Source of the DNA: Veleropilina oligotropha
Taxonomy: Eukaryota
Reading direction: 5' to 3'
Assembly (NCBI GenBank): GCA_048128005.1
Contig: JBEUKZ010000038.1
Location: 310,001-374,000, forward strand
Length of the DNA: 64,000 bases
Positions 63,056-64,000 of the stretch are shown piece by piece (the first letter of the stretch is position 1; every line of letters begins with the position of its first letter). A program made the position numbers and the translations under genes. The notes beneath the pieces were generated by a model. The model was not told the origin of the DNA. It ran no database searches and saw nothing but the letters and a program-made list of their open reading frames with translations.

Positions 63056-63424
63056 ATGCCACCAAAAGTTAGTTCTAAGGGAGCGAAGAAGGCAGGAAAG
63101 GCGAAAGCCGCACGGGGCGGAGACAAGAAGAGGAGACGCAAGAGGAAGGAAAGCTACAGCATTTACATCTACAAAGTCATGAAGCAGGTCCATCCCGACA
63201 CTGGCATCTCGTCGAAGGCCATGGTCATCATGAACAGCTTCGTAAACGACATCTTCGAGCGCATCGCCGGAGAAGCATCCCGCCTCGCACAGTACAACAA
63301 GAGGTCGACCATCACCAGCCGAGAGATCCAAACCGCCGTCCGCTTGCTCCTGCCCGGTGAACTGGCAAAGCACGCTGTCAGTGAGGGAACGAAAGCGGTC
63401 ACCAAATACACCAGCAGCAAGTAA
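63056..63424 (+). CDS. H2B: Histone H2B
   Basis: Identical H2B. Confidence 0.99.
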   Translation: MPPKVSSKGAKKAGKAKAARGGDKKRRRKRKESYSIYIYKVMKQVHPDTGISSKAMVIMNSFVNDIFERIAGEASRLAQYNKRSTITSREIQTAVRLLLPGELAKHAVSEGTKAVTKYTSSK

Positions 63425-64000
63425 ATATTCGGATATATCTTGCCTGACAACCAACGGCCCTTTTCAGGGCCACCTAAATCTTCCGAGAGAATACCACTGT
63501 TATGCCATAGCGTTTGCTTGCTTAGCTAAGGAAATTGTAATAAGTTAATTGGTAGTTTACATAGAAACATACAAACATTCACCCATTTCATAACGCAAAG
63601 TAAGTTGCTCAATAAAAACACCAAACCTTTATTCGTTTTCGCACGACCCTCCAATGTTTGTTGTCATCTGCCGATAAACATTATTCTAATATTCACCAAG
63701 CTGGCATAATAGTGTTAATGTGGCTGTTGTCCGCTTCGGAGTCTTGTTCTACTCACCAGACCGAACGAACACGACTAACGGCCTTCGCTAGGCTTTATAG
63801 GACACGCTTGCGTTTCCAGATCCCCAACAATGTTATTCTTATCCGAAAGTCTTTATTTTATCCTTGGCTAAACGGAAAATTCACGCCACGGACTGCTTCG
63901 AACGATGGTTTTCAACTGTCAAACAGCAGCATCAAAAAATACGAACACGGCTGATCGCACCCACGAAGTATGAAAAACTATAGGGCTGCTATTGATTGCG

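Overview
Animal (probably marine invertebrate) replication-dependent core-histone tandem array. It has about 11 near-identical ~5,076-bp units of H2B(+), H4(+), H3(+), H2A(-), no H1, and each complete gene ends in the histone stem-loop plus a conserved downstream element. The first 24 kb carry four non-LTR retrotransposon insertions. All four lie between a histone TATA(-like) box and its ATG and point the same way as the host gene. They are: one intact 7.2-kb I-group (Nimb/I-like) LINE with gag-like ORF1 and APE-RT-RNase H ORF2 in H4; a 0.9-kb 5'-truncated copy at the identical H4 nucleotide; a 3.66-kb 5'-truncated copy in H2B; and a 189-bp fragment of a second, structurally related family in H2A. 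The LINE's 3' UTR carries a captured ANTISENSE copy of the 3' two-thirds of H4 mRNA, ending at stem-loop + A-run. This copy shows near-saturating A-to-G change on the element strand with ADAR-like neighbour bias. Together these suggest a histone-promoter-targeting retrotransposon whose RNA pairs with H4 RNA. Also present: an old L2/CR1-like remnant fixed in every H4-H3 spacer and one frameshifted H2B copy. All coordinates and alignments were done by eye, with no database searches.
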